From an uncultured Sandaracinaceae bacterium (lineage in GTDB: Bacteria > Myxococcota_A > Polyangia > Polyangiales > Houyiibacteriaceae): a stretch of 52,475 nt of DNA. Position 1 is the first letter of the stretch. Each line of letters begins with the position of its first letter. The position numbers and the translations under genes are program-made. The notes beneath the pieces were generated by a model. That model had not been told where the DNA came from. It saw only the letters and a list, made by a program, of their open reading frames with translations, and did no database searches. Below are positions 41,041 to 50,147 of this stretch, piece by piece. Where the stretch lies: NCBI GenBank assembly GCA_964510015.1, contig CAZEAA010000004.1, forward strand, positions 1 through 52,475, read 5' to 3'.

Positions 41041-42027
41041 ATGTCCCGCCGCAAGACCCTCGGGGTGCTGCTCGCGCTGGGCTCGGCGTTGCTGGGCGGA
41101 GTGGGCCTCGCCGTGAGCCGGCGCGTGCACAAGCTGTGGGTCATCCCCGAGGCACCCAGCCGCAGCATGAGCACGGCCGCCTGGGCCGAGACGCCGCCGG
41201 TGCAAAGCCTGCACGTGCTCTTCGTGGGCCACAGCCTGGTGAACCAAGACATGCCCGCCATGGCGCGCGGGGTGGCGGCCAGCCTCGGCGTGGACCTCAC
41301 CTACGACGTGCAGCTCATCGACGGTGGCTCGCTCGCGGTGAACTGGAACCAGGCGCAGCGCGCCACCGGCGTGCGGGCACGCGAGGCGCTGCTCACCGGC
41401 GGCTACGACACGCTGGTGCTGACCGAGGCCGTGAACTTGGACGACCACCTGCGTTGGAGTGAGCCGAGCCATCACGCCGCGCTGTGGTACGCGCTCGCCC
41501 GCGAGCACCGGCCGGACGCGCGCCTCTTCTTCTACGAGACCTGGCACCACCGCGACCAACCGCGCCACGTGCGGGGCCTGCCGCTGGTGCAGAGCCGCAT
41601 GAGCTGGCGTGAGCACCTCGACGCGGACCTCGGCAAGTGGGAGCACATCGTGGACGAGGCGGAGCGCGAGTACGCGACCTTCCATGCGAGCACGCCGCTG
41701 CACGTGGACATCGTGCCGGGTGGCCAGGCGCTCGCGGCGCTGGTGGACGCGGTCCGCGCGGGGCAGGTGCCCGGCGTGCCGAACGAGGCCCTGCTGTTCC
41801 GCGACAACGTGCACCTCACCGACCTCGGCAACTACTTCATCGCGCTGGTGCAGGTGGCCACGCTGGCCCGTGTGAGCCTCGATGGTGCCACCAACCAGGT
41901 AACGCGCGGCGACGGGCAGTCGGTCGTGGTGCCAGCTGAGACCGCGCGCGCGCTCGCTCGCATTGCCCAGCGTGCGGTCCGCCTCTATCCCCGCTCGGGC
42001 GTGCTGAGCCCACCGGAGCCGAACTGA
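41041..42027 (+). CDS. Exported or anchored SGNH/GDSL-like protein, paralog of 22238..23275 (328 aa)
   Basis: N-terminal TM/signal (LGVLLALGSALLGGVGLAV). Motifs LFVGHSLVNQDM, LVLTEAVNL, FFYETWHHR, VPGGQALAALVDAVRAGQVPG and RDNVHLTDLGNYFIALV align segment by segment with the other copy. Confidence 0.6.
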   Translation: MSRRKTLGVLLALGSALLGGVGLAVSRRVHKLWVIPEAPSRSMSTAAWAETPPVQSLHVLFVGHSLVNQDMPAMARGVAASLGVDLTYDVQLIDGGSLAVNWNQAQRATGVRAREALLTGGYDTLVLTEAVNLDDHLRWSEPSHHAALWYALAREHRPDARLFFYETWHHRDQPRHVRGLPLVQSRMSWREHLDADLGKWEHIVDEAEREYATFHASTPLHVDIVPGGQALAALVDAVRAGQVPGVPNEALLFRDNVHLTDLGNYFIALVQVATLARVSLDGATNQVTRGDGQSVVVPAETARALARIAQRAVRLYPRSGVLSPPEPN

Positions 42028-42029
42028 TC

Positions 42030-45000
42030 ATGTCCGACGAATACGAAGTCATGGAGCGCGACATCGCCGTCGTCGGGATGGCGGCGCGGGTGCCCGGGGC
42101 CAACACGCCCGCCGAGCTGTGGAAGAACCTGGTGGGCGGTGTGGAGTCCATCCGGCAGTACAGCGAAGAGGAGCTGCGCGCGGCCGGCGAGAAGCCCGAG
42201 CTGCTGCGCCACCCGCGCTACGTGCGCGCCGCCGCCCCGCTCGCGGGGGTGCCCCTGTTCGACGGGGAGTTCTTCGGGTTCAGCCCGAAGGAGAGCGCCA
42301 TCATGGACCCGCAGCACCGGCACTTCCTCGAGTGCTCGTGGGAGGCCCTCGAGAACGCCGCCCATCCGCCCGAGCGCTTCAAGGGCCCCATCGGCGTGTT
42401 CGCCGGCTGCGGCATGGGCAGCTACTTCTACGTGAACGTCTGCTCGCAGGCCGAGCTGGTGCGCGACGTGGGCCTGTTCCTGCTGCGTCACACGGGCAAC
42501 GACAAGGACTTCCTCGCCACGCGCGTGAGCTACCTGCTGGACCTCGCGGGGCCTTCGGTGAACGTGCAGACGGCCTGCTCCACGTCACTCGTGGCCACGC
42601 ACCTCGCGGTGCAGAGCCTGCTCGCGCGCGAGTGCGACATGGCGCTCGCCGGCGGCGTCACCATCGAGCTGCCGCAGGACCGCGGCTACGTCTACCAAGA
42701 GGGCGAGGTGCTCTCGCCCGACGGACACTGTCACGCCTTCGACCACCGCGGTCAGGGCACCGTGTTCGGCAGTGGTGTGGGCGTGGTGGTGCTGCGCCGC
42801 CTGGGCGACGCGCTCGACGACGGCGACGTGATCCACGCCGTGATCCGCGGCACCGCCGTGAACAACGACGGCGCGAAGAAGGTGAACTACCTGGCGCCCA
42901 GCGTGGACGGACAGGCGGCCTGCGTGGTGGAGGCCCTGGGCGTGGCCAACGTGGACGCGCGTAGCGTGGAGTACATCGAGTGCCACGGCACCGGCACCGC
43001 GCTCGGCGACCCGATCGAGGTGGAGGCGCTCACGCAGGGCTTCCGCACGCAGACCGACGCGCGCGGCTTCTGTCAGCTCGGGTCCATCAAGACCAACATC
43101 GGGCATCTCGACACGGCTGCGGGGGTCATCGGGCTGATCAAGGCGTCGCTCGCGCTGCGCCATGCGCAGATCCCCGCGTCCCTCGGGTACGAGAAGCCCA
43201 ACCCCGCCATCGACTTCGCGAGCTCGCCGTTCCGGGTCGCGAGTCAGCTGTCGGAGTGGCCGGCCCCCGCGGCTCACCCGCGCCGCGCGGCCGTGAACTC
43301 GCTCGGCGTGGGCGGCACCAACGCGCACATCGTCTTGCAAGAGCCACCCGGCCTGCCCGACGCCGAGCCACCCACGCGCCCCGTGCAGCTGCTCACGCTG
43401 TCGGCGCGCACGCGCAGCAGCTTGGACGCGCAGAGCCAGCGGCTCGCCGAGCACTTCACCGCACACCCGGACCTGTCCCTCGCGGACGCGGCCTTCACGC
43501 TGCACCACGGGCGCCGTGAGTTCGCGGAGCGGCGCGTGGTGGCGGCGGCATCGCTCGCCGAAGCGGCCGAGCTGCTGCGCACGGGCGACCCGCAGCGGGT
43601 GTTCACGCACAGCGTGCTGCGCGGCAAGACCGAGAGCGGCGCCCCGCACGTGGCCTTCCTGCTGCCAGGCGGCGGCGCGCAGTACGCGCGCATGACGGTG
43701 GACCTCTTCGAGCACGAGCCCGTGTTCCGCGAGCACATGGAGCGCGGCTTCGCGCTCTTGCAGGAGCGCCATCAGGTGGACCTTCGCCCGCTGCTGTACC
43801 CCGCGCGGGGGCAAGAGGCCGCGGCCGACGCGGAGCTGACGCCCATGAATCGGCAGCTGCCCGCCATCTTCCTCACGAGCGTGGCCATGGCGCGCCTGTT
43901 CGAGAGCTGGGGCGTCACCCCGAGCGCGTACCTCGGTCACAGCGTGGGCGAGAACACCGCCGCGCACTTGGCTGGCGTGATGACGCTCGAGGACTGCCTG
44001 GGCCTGGTCATGCTGCGCGCTCAGCTCTTCATGGAGACGCGGCCGGGCGCCATGCTGTCCGTCACGCTGTCCGAAGCCGAGGTGCGCGCGCTCCTGCCCA
44101 GCACCCTGGACCTCGCCGTGGTCAACGGCCCGAGCGCCTGCGTGGTGTCGGGCGATCCGGAGGCCATCGCGGCGATCGAGGCGCAGCTCGCCGGGCGCGA
44201 GGACGTGGAGACGCAGCGCTTGGCCATCCCGGTGGCGGCGCACTCGCGCCTGCTCGACCCGATCCTCGAGCGCTTCACCGCGTACCTCTGCAGCATTCGC
44301 CTGCGCGCGCCCAGCGTGCCCTTCCTGTCCAACCGCAGCGGCACGTGGATCACCGACGCCGAGGCCACGGATCCCACCTACTGGGCCAGCCACCTGCGCA
44401 GCGCGGTGCGCTTCGGGGACAACGTGGACGCGCTCTTGCAGCGCGGCCCGAGCGTGCTGCTGGAGGTGGGCCCCGGCCGCGCGCTCAGCTCGCTCGCGCG
44501 TCAGCACGCGGGCTTCCGCGCGGGGGGCCATCAGGCCATCGCGTCGGTGCGGCACAAAGACGAGGTGGTCTCGGACGTCACCTACTTCACCGCCTGCCTC
44601 GGCCGGCTGTGGGCCACCGGCGCCGCGCTCGACTGGGCGCCCATGTGGCCGGGCGAGCTGCGCTCGCGCGTGGAGCTGCCCACCTATGCGTGGGACCACA
44701 AGAGCTTCTTCATCGAGCCCGCGCTGCCCGTGAACGCGCCCAGCGAGCAGGCGCTCGAGAAGCTGCCCGACGTGCGCAGCTGGGGCTTCGTGCCGCGCTG
44801 GAAGCCCTCGCTCGCGGACCTTCCGCTCGAGGGCAGCGAGCCCGACGCGCCGCGCACCTACCTGCTGTTCATGGACCGGGGTGGCGTGGGGCAGCGCCTG
44901 CGTCAGCGCCTCACCCAAGCGGGCCAGCACGTGGTCGCGGTCTACGAAGGCGACGCCTTCCATCACCGCGGCAACGACGAGTACACGCTCAGCCCGGAGC

Positions 45001-48000
45001 GCGGGCGCGAGGGCTATGCCTCGCTGATCACGGACCTGGTGGAGCGCGGGCGCACGCCGGAGCGCGTGGTGCACCTGTGGCTGCTCGAGGCCGAGCAGAC
45101 GTTCCGTCCGGGCTCGAGCCTCTTCCACCACCACCTCGAGCGCGGCTTCTTCAGCCTCTTCTTCCTGGCCAAGGCGCTGGTGGACGCCAGCATCGCGAAC
45201 GTGCACCTCACGGTGATCGGCGATGGCCTCGTGCGCGTGGTCGACGAAGCGCTGCCCGACCCGCAGAAGGCCACCGTGCTCGGTCCGGTGAAGGTGCTGT
45301 CGCGCGAGCTCGAGGGCGCGAGCGCGCGGCTGGTGGACGTGCAGCTGCCGGCCCAGCGCAGCCAGCTCTTCGGTGGCTCGCTGCGCGCGGGCTTGCTCGA
45401 CCCGTTCGGTGGCAAGAAGCGGGTGGAGCAGGAGCTCGACGCGCTGACCGAACGCTTGGTAGATGAAGTGCGCGCCGCGGCGGGCGACGAAGTGGTGGCG
45501 CTGCGCGGTGACCGGCGCCTCACGCAGGTGCTGGCTCCGCGGGCGCTCGAGGAAGTCGCCGGCCCGAACGGCATGCCCACTCCAGAGGCCGCTGCTGGTC
45601 TCGGGAGACCCGAGTATGGGAGCACTCTCGGAAAGCCCGAGACCCTGCGCGAGCGCGGCGTCTACCTGATCACCGGCGGCCTCGGCGGCCTGGGCCTCAC
45701 CGTGGCCGACTACCTGGCGCGCACGTGTCACGCACGCCTCGCGCTGCTGGGACGCACGCCGCTGCCCGCGCGCGACCAGTGGCTCGCGTGGATCGCGCAG
45801 CACGGCGCGGGGGACCGCGTGAGTCAGCGCATGCAGCGCGTGCTGGACCTCGAGGCGAGCGGCGCCGAGGTGCTGGTGCTGACGGCGGACGTCACCAACC
45901 GCGAGGAGATGCAGGCCGCGCTCGGCACGCTGCACGCGCGCTTCGGGGCGCTGCACGGCGTGTTCCACACGGCCGGCGAGCTGGACGACGACCTCATCGC
46001 GCTCAAGACGCTCGAGAGCGTGGAGCAGGTCTTCGCGCCCAAGATCCAGGGCACGCGCATCCTGCACGAGCTGACCGCCGAGAGCCGCCTCGACTTCATG
46101 CTGCTCTTCAGCTCCACCTCCACGGTCACCGCGCCCGCGGGGCAGGTGGACTACGTGGCCGCCAACGCCTTCCTCGACGCATTCGCCGAAGGCCAGCGCG
46201 CCGCGGGCTCGCCGGTCACCTCGCTGCACTGGGGCATCTGGGCCGACGTGGGCATGGCCGCCGAGCCTGGGCGCCTGCGGGCTCACGCGCGCGTGGGTGA
46301 CCGGGTGGGGCAGCAGCCCACGCACCCGTGGCTGAGCGCGCGCGTCAGCGACGGCCGCGGCGAGTCCAGCCTGCGCGGCACGCTGTCGTCCGCGCAGCAC
46401 TGGATCCTGGACGGGCACCGCACGCTCGCCGGCCACGCGCTGATCCCCGGCACCGGCTACCTCGAGCTCGCGCGCGCCGCGCTGCGCGCCTACGGCGAGA
46501 CGGGGCCGTTCGAGATCGAGGACCTCTTCTTCGTCCGCCCCTTCGCGGTGGCCGATGGCGAAGCCCGTGAGCTGTTCGTAAAGCTGCGGCCCACCGCGCG
46601 GGGCTATCGCTTCGAGGTGCGCGGGCACGTCAGCGTGGGTGGCCGGGCAGGCACGGTGCTCATCGCGCAGGCGCACCTGGCGCTGCAGCTCGCCGCCGCC
46701 CCGGCCGACCTCGGCGCGGCGGAGCTCGCCGACATCGAGGCGCGCTGCACCACGAGCCATCTGGGACCTGTGGGCCCCGACGAGAGCGGCCTGCGCACGG
46801 CGCAGGAGGCGCACCTGCGCTTCGGGCCGCGCTGGCGCGTGCTGCGCGAGGCGCACCTCGGCCGCACCGAGGGCATCGCGCGCTTGGCGCTGCCGCCGCC
46901 GTTCACCGCCGAGAGCAGCGAGTTCGGCCTGCACCCCGCCCTGCTCGACATCGCCACCGGCTGGGCCATGTCCCTGATCGAAGGCTACGACGCGAGCACC
47001 CTCTACGTGCCCGTCTCCTACGAGCGCGCGCGCGTCTACCACGACCTCACGCCGCAGCTGCTGAGCTGGGTGCGCACGCCCGTGGTGAACCACGCCGACG
47101 CGGAGTTCGTGTTCTTCGACGTCACGCTCATGGACCCGAGCGGCAGGGTGCTCATGGAGGTGGAGCGCCTCGGCCTCCGGCGCATGAGCGGCGGCCCGGA
47201 CTTCGCGCTCGGCGGGCGCGTGGCGCCGACGGACGTGACCTTCCACGAGGACAGCAGCGAGCACGCCCCCTCGCCCGGTGAGGCGCTGCGCGACCGGCTC
47301 TTGCAGCAAGGCATCCGCACGGCCGAAGGCCAGGACGCCCTCGGCCGCGTGCTGCAGCAGCTCGCGCCGAAGTCTGGCGGGGCGCCCGCGCAGATCTTCG
47401 TGAGCTCCATGGACCTCCCCACGCTGGTGAAGCAGAGCAGCGCGGGCGAGAAGGCGCGCAGCGCCGGAGCCGGGCTCGAGCTGGCGCGCCCGGACCTGGG
47501 CGTGGACTACGTGGCCCCGCGGGACGAGGTGGAGAAGACGCTGGTGGGCTTCTGGCAAGAGCTGCTGGGCGTGGACCAAGTGGGCGTGCAGGACAGCTTC
47601 TTCGACCTCGGCGGTCACTCGCTCTTGGCGGTGCGCCTGTTCGCCAAGATCAAGTCGGCCTACCGCGTGGAGTTCCCCATCTCGGTGCTGTTCGAGGCGC
47701 CCACCATCGAGCGCTGCGCGGCGCTCTTGCGCGAGCACCTCGGGCCGCAGACCGACGTGGAAGGCAGCGCGGACGTGAGCGCGCCGAGCACCGCCGCGCG
47801 CCCGCGCTACACGCACCTCGTGGCCATGCACACCGGCGACGGAGGGCCCAAGACGCCCTTCTTCCTGGTGGCCGGCATGTTCGGCAACGTGCTCAACCTG
47901 CGGCACCTCGCGCACCTGGTGGGCACCGACCGGCGCTTCTACGGCCTGCAGGCGCGCGGCCTCTACGGGGAGCAAGCGCCGCACGAGACCTTCGAAGAGA

Positions 48001-48656
48001 TGGCCGCCGAGTACATCGCCGAGCTGACCAGCGTGCAGCCCCGCGGGCCCTACTTCCTGGGCGGCTTCTCGGGTGGCGGCATCACGGCCTACGAGATCGC
48101 GCGGCAGCTCGAGGCGCGCGGCGAAGAGGTGGCGCTGCTGGTCATGCTGGACACCCCGGTGCCCATGCCGCCGGCTGACCTGAGCCTGCGCGACCGCGTC
48201 TTGATCCAGCGCTCCGAGCTGCGCTCGAAGGGCCCCGCGTACGTGGCCGAGTGGGCCGAGCGCCGCGCCGCGTGGGAGCTCGGCAAGCTGCGCCGTCGCT
48301 TCGAGAGCGCCACGCCGGACAACACGCCCGAGAAGTTCCACGACGAGGCCATCGAGCAGGCGTTCCGGCGCGCGCTCGGCCGCTACGTGGTGGCCCCCCG
48401 CAAGCACGCCGCGGTGCACCTCTTCCGCCCCAAGCTGCCGGTGGCCTACGACCTCGGCGAGGGCCGCCGCATCAACCACGAGCGCTCCTACGTGTTCGAG
48501 GACAACGGCTGGACCCCCTTCGTGCGCGAGGTGGTGGTGGCCGAGGTGCCGGGTGACCACGACTCCATGGTGCTCGAGCCCAACGTGCGCGTGCTGGCGC
48601 GGCGCCTGCGCGAGGTGGTGGAGCAGGCGGAAGCGGCGCAGCGGAGGTCGCGATGA
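42030..48656 (+). CDS. Single-module type I polyketide synthase, KS-AT-(psi-KR)KR-DH-T-TE (2208 aa)
   Basis: Domain evidence, with approximate residues and window coordinates:
- KS, aa about 10-436 (42057-43337): QTACSTS, ECHGTGT, NIGHLD.
- AT, aa about 541-860 (43650-44609): GHSVGE, Arg in VMLRAQ, VAAHS.
- KR, aa about 940-1410 (44847-46259): YLITGGLGGLG, LDD, PKIQG, DYVAANAF.
- DH, aa about 1431-1720 (46320-47189): HPWL, LDGHRTLAGHALIPGTGYLE, LHPALLD.
- T, aa about 1828-1905 (47511-47744): [12 protein letters not shown], Ser codon at 47619-47621.
- TE, aa about 1940-2200: GGFSGGG, MLDT, GDHDSM. Confidence 0.95.
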   Translation: MSDEYEVMERDIAVVGMAARVPGANTPAELWKNLVGGVESIRQYSEEELRAAGEKPELLRHPRYVRAAAPLAGVPLFDGEFFGFSPKESAIMDPQHRHFLECSWEALENAAHPPERFKGPIGVFAGCGMGSYFYVNVCSQAELVRDVGLFLLRHTGNDKDFLATRVSYLLDLAGPSVNVQTACSTSLVATHLAVQSLLARECDMALAGGVTIELPQDRGYVYQEGEVLSPDGHCHAFDHRGQGTVFGSGVGVVVLRRLGDALDDGDVIHAVIRGTAVNNDGAKKVNYLAPSVDGQAACVVEALGVANVDARSVEYIECHGTGTALGDPIEVEALTQGFRTQTDARGFCQLGSIKTNIGHLDTAAGVIGLIKASLALRHAQIPASLGYEKPNPAIDFASSPFRVASQLSEWPAPAAHPRRAAVNSLGVGGTNAHIVLQEPPGLPDAEPPTRPVQLLTLSARTRSSLDAQSQRLAEHFTAHPDLSLADAAFTLHHGRREFAERRVVAAASLAEAAELLRTGDPQRVFTHSVLRGKTESGAPHVAFLLPGGGAQYARMTVDLFEHEPVFREHMERGFALLQERHQVDLRPLLYPARGQEAAADAELTPMNRQLPAIFLTSVAMARLFESWGVTPSAYLGHSVGENTAAHLAGVMTLEDCLGLVMLRAQLFMETRPGAMLSVTLSEAEVRALLPSTLDLAVVNGPSACVVSGDPEAIAAIEAQLAGREDVETQRLAIPVAAHSRLLDPILERFTAYLCSIRLRAPSVPFLSNRSGTWITDAEATDPTYWASHLRSAVRFGDNVDALLQRGPSVLLEVGPGRALSSLARQHAGFRAGGHQAIASVRHKDEVVSDVTYFTACLGRLWATGAALDWAPMWPGELRSRVELPTYAWDHKSFFIEPALPVNAPSEQALEKLPDVRSWGFVPRWKPSLADLPLEGSEPDAPRTYLLFMDRGGVGQRLRQRLTQAGQHVVAVYEGDAFHHRGNDEYTLSPERGREGYASLITDLVERGRTPERVVHLWLLEAEQTFRPGSSLFHHHLERGFFSLFFLAKALVDASIANVHLTVIGDGLVRVVDEALPDPQKATVLGPVKVLSRELEGASARLVDVQLPAQRSQLFGGSLRAGLLDPFGGKKRVEQELDALTERLVDEVRAAAGDEVVALRGDRRLTQVLAPRALEEVAGPNGMPTPEAAAGLGRPEYGSTLGKPETLRERGVYLITGGLGGLGLTVADYLARTCHARLALLGRTPLPARDQWLAWIAQHGAGDRVSQRMQRVLDLEASGAEVLVLTADVTNREEMQAALGTLHARFGALHGVFHTAGELDDDLIALKTLESVEQVFAPKIQGTRILHELTAESRLDFMLLFSSTSTVTAPAGQVDYVAANAFLDAFAEGQRAAGSPVTSLHWGIWADVGMAAEPGRLRAHARVGDRVGQQPTHPWLSARVSDGRGESSLRGTLSSAQHWILDGHRTLAGHALIPGTGYLELARAALRAYGETGPFEIEDLFFVRPFAVADGEARELFVKLRPTARGYRFEVRGHVSVGGRAGTVLIAQAHLALQLAAAPADLGAAELADIEARCTTSHLGPVGPDESGLRTAQEAHLRFGPRWRVLREAHLGRTEGIARLALPPPFTAESSEFGLHPALLDIATGWAMSLIEGYDASTLYVPVSYERARVYHDLTPQLLSWVRTPVVNHADAEFVFFDVTLMDPSGRVLMEVERLGLRRMSGGPDFALGGRVAPTDVTFHEDSSEHAPSPGEALRDRLLQQGIRTAEGQDALGRVLQQLAPKSGGAPAQIFVSSMDLPTLVKQSSAGEKARSAGAGLELARPDLGVDYVAPRDEVEKTLVGFWQELLGVDQVGVQDSFFDLGGHSLLAVRLFAKIKSAYRVEFPISVLFEAPTIERCAALLREHLGPQTDVEGSADVSAPSTAARPRYTHLVAMHTGDGGPKTPFFLVAGMFGNVLNLRHLAHLVGTDRRFYGLQARGLYGEQAPHETFEEMAAEYIAELTSVQPRGPYFLGGFSGGGITAYEIARQLEARGEEVALLVMLDTPVPMPPADLSLRDRVLIQRSELRSKGPAYVAEWAERRAAWELGKLRRRFESATPDNTPEKFHDEAIEQAFRRALGRYVVAPRKHAAVHLFRPKLPVAYDLGEGRRINHERSYVFEDNGWTPFVREVVVAEVPGDHDSMVLEPNVRVLARRLREVVEQAEAAQRRSR

Positions 48657-49600
48657 AGCTGCTGTGCGTGATCCTCAACTACAAGACCGCGGACATGACG
48701 CTGGACGCCATCCGCGCTGCCCGGGCCGCGCTCACCACGCTCGACCACCGCATCGACGTGGTGGACAACGACTCGCAGGACGGCTCGTTCGAGAAGCTTT
48801 GGAGCGCTGTGGCCGACGCGGGCTGGCCCGACGTGCGCGTGGTGCAGAGCGGGCACAACGGCGGCTTCGGCGCCGGCAACAACGTGGCCCTGCGCGCGGC
48901 GCTGCTCGAGCCCGACCCACCCGAGTTCCTCTACATCCTGAACTCCGACGCGTTCCCGGCGCCCGATGCGATCACAGCCCTGGTGCAGTTCCTGGAGACG
49001 CACCCGCGCGCGGGCATCGCCGGCAGCTTCATCCACGGCCCCGACGGCGACCCGCACCTCACCGCCTTCCGCTTCCCCAGCATGGCCAGCGAAGCGCTCA
49101 GCGGCTTCCGTCTCGGCGTGCTGCAGCGGCTCTTGCCCGACCGCGAGGTGCCCATCCACCCCATGCCCAGCGCCACGCAGCGCGTGCCCTGGCTGGCGGG
49201 CGCGTCCATGATGTTCCGCCGCGAGCTGCTGCAAGAGATCGGGCTCTTCGACGAGACGTTCTTCCTCTACTTCGAGGAGACCGACCTGTGCCGCCGCGCC
49301 CAGCTCGCCGGCTGGGAGTGCTGGTACGTGCTGGAGAGCCGCGTGGCCCACATCGGCAGCGTGTCCACCGGCATGAAGAACAAGGGCCGCCCCATGCCGC
49401 GCTACTGGTTCGACAGCCGCCGCCACTACTTCACCAAGAACCACGGCGCGGCCTACACGTGGGCCGCCAACGTCCTGCACGCGGCGGGCCTCGCCACGTT
49501 CAAGGCGCGCGCGGGGCTGCAGGGGAAGCCGGATCCCGACCCGGTGAACTTCCTGCGCGACTTCGCGAAGTACAACTTCGTGGAGCGCCGCCCGCGGTAG
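48653..49600 (+). CDS. Family-2 glycosyltransferase (rhamnosyltransferase-like; 315 aa)
   Basis: ATGA overlap with the PKS stop. Motifs LCVILNYKT, VVDNDSQDGS, GHNGGFGAGNN, LNSDA, FFLYFEETDLCRR. Confidence 0.85.
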   Translation: MKLLCVILNYKTADMTLDAIRAARAALTTLDHRIDVVDNDSQDGSFEKLWSAVADAGWPDVRVVQSGHNGGFGAGNNVALRAALLEPDPPEFLYILNSDAFPAPDAITALVQFLETHPRAGIAGSFIHGPDGDPHLTAFRFPSMASEALSGFRLGVLQRLLPDREVPIHPMPSATQRVPWLAGASMMFRRELLQEIGLFDETFFLYFEETDLCRRAQLAGWECWYVLESRVAHIGSVSTGMKNKGRPMPRYWFDSRRHYFTKNHGAAYTWAANVLHAAGLATFKARAGLQGKPDPDPVNFLRDFAKYNFVERRPR

Positions 49601-49822
49601 CTCCGGCGGGCGGACGATTCCTCGCCATCGTCGACGATTACCCACGGGCTGTTTACGATTCGTCCGCCAACTACGTAAACGTCAACAAGGCGGTTGACGA
49701 TTTGCTCTGCCGCGCCGGAAACGTGACCGGCAGAACGGAGGCCTTCGGGTGCGGCTCAGGGCTTCGTCGGCGCTTCGAGGTCCACTGGGGTCGTGTCGTG
49801 TCGACGTGGCGTGGGTAAGCTA

Positions 49823-49850
49823 TTGACGCAGTCAGTCAATGGCTTAGAGT
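49823..49850 (+). promoter_or_regulatory. Sigma-70-like promoter candidate with overlapping palindrome, upstream of the toxin gene
   Basis: TTGACG (49823-28), a 16-nt spacer, then TAGAGT (49845-50). The ATG at 49857 lies only 6 nt past the -10 element, implying a leaderless or near-leaderless mRNA. ATTGAC-N7-GTCAAT (49822-49840) overlaps the -35 element. Confidence 0.4.
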
Positions 49851-49856
49851 GATGGC

Positions 49857-50147
49857 ATGCGCTTCGAGTGGGACGCACGCAAGGAGCGCCAGAACATCAC
49901 GAAGCACGGAGTCAGCTTCAAGGAAGCTGAGGAACTCTTCACCTCGAAGGTCGACTTCCTCGAACTCTATGACGCCGAGCACTCGGACCTCGAGGACCGA
50001 TTCATCGCGATCGGTCCCATCCGCCGGGGACTCGTCCTGGTGGTCTTCACCGAGCGGGTGGAGGACACGATACGGTTCATCAGCGCCAGATGGGCCTCCA
50101 AGGCCGAGCACCTCCTCTATACCGAATACACGGAGCAACATCGATGA
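49857..50147 (+). CDS. brnT: BrnT-family (DUF497) toxin (96 aa)
   Basis: MRFEWDARKERQNITKHGVSFKEAEELF is the family signature, and the size is typical. Third-codon positions are visibly less GC-rich than in flanking genes. Confidence 0.85.
   Translation: MRFEWDARKERQNITKHGVSFKEAEELFTSKVDFLELYDAEHSDLEDRFIAIGPIRRGLVLVVFTERVEDTIRFISARWASKAEHLLYTEYTEQHR

Noticed and set aside
42585-48560. 1991-aa minus-strand ORF opposite the PKS.
   Set aside because: It is a shadow frame of the PKS gene. It has no motifs, and the plus strand has KS, AT, KR, DH, T and TE signatures in order.
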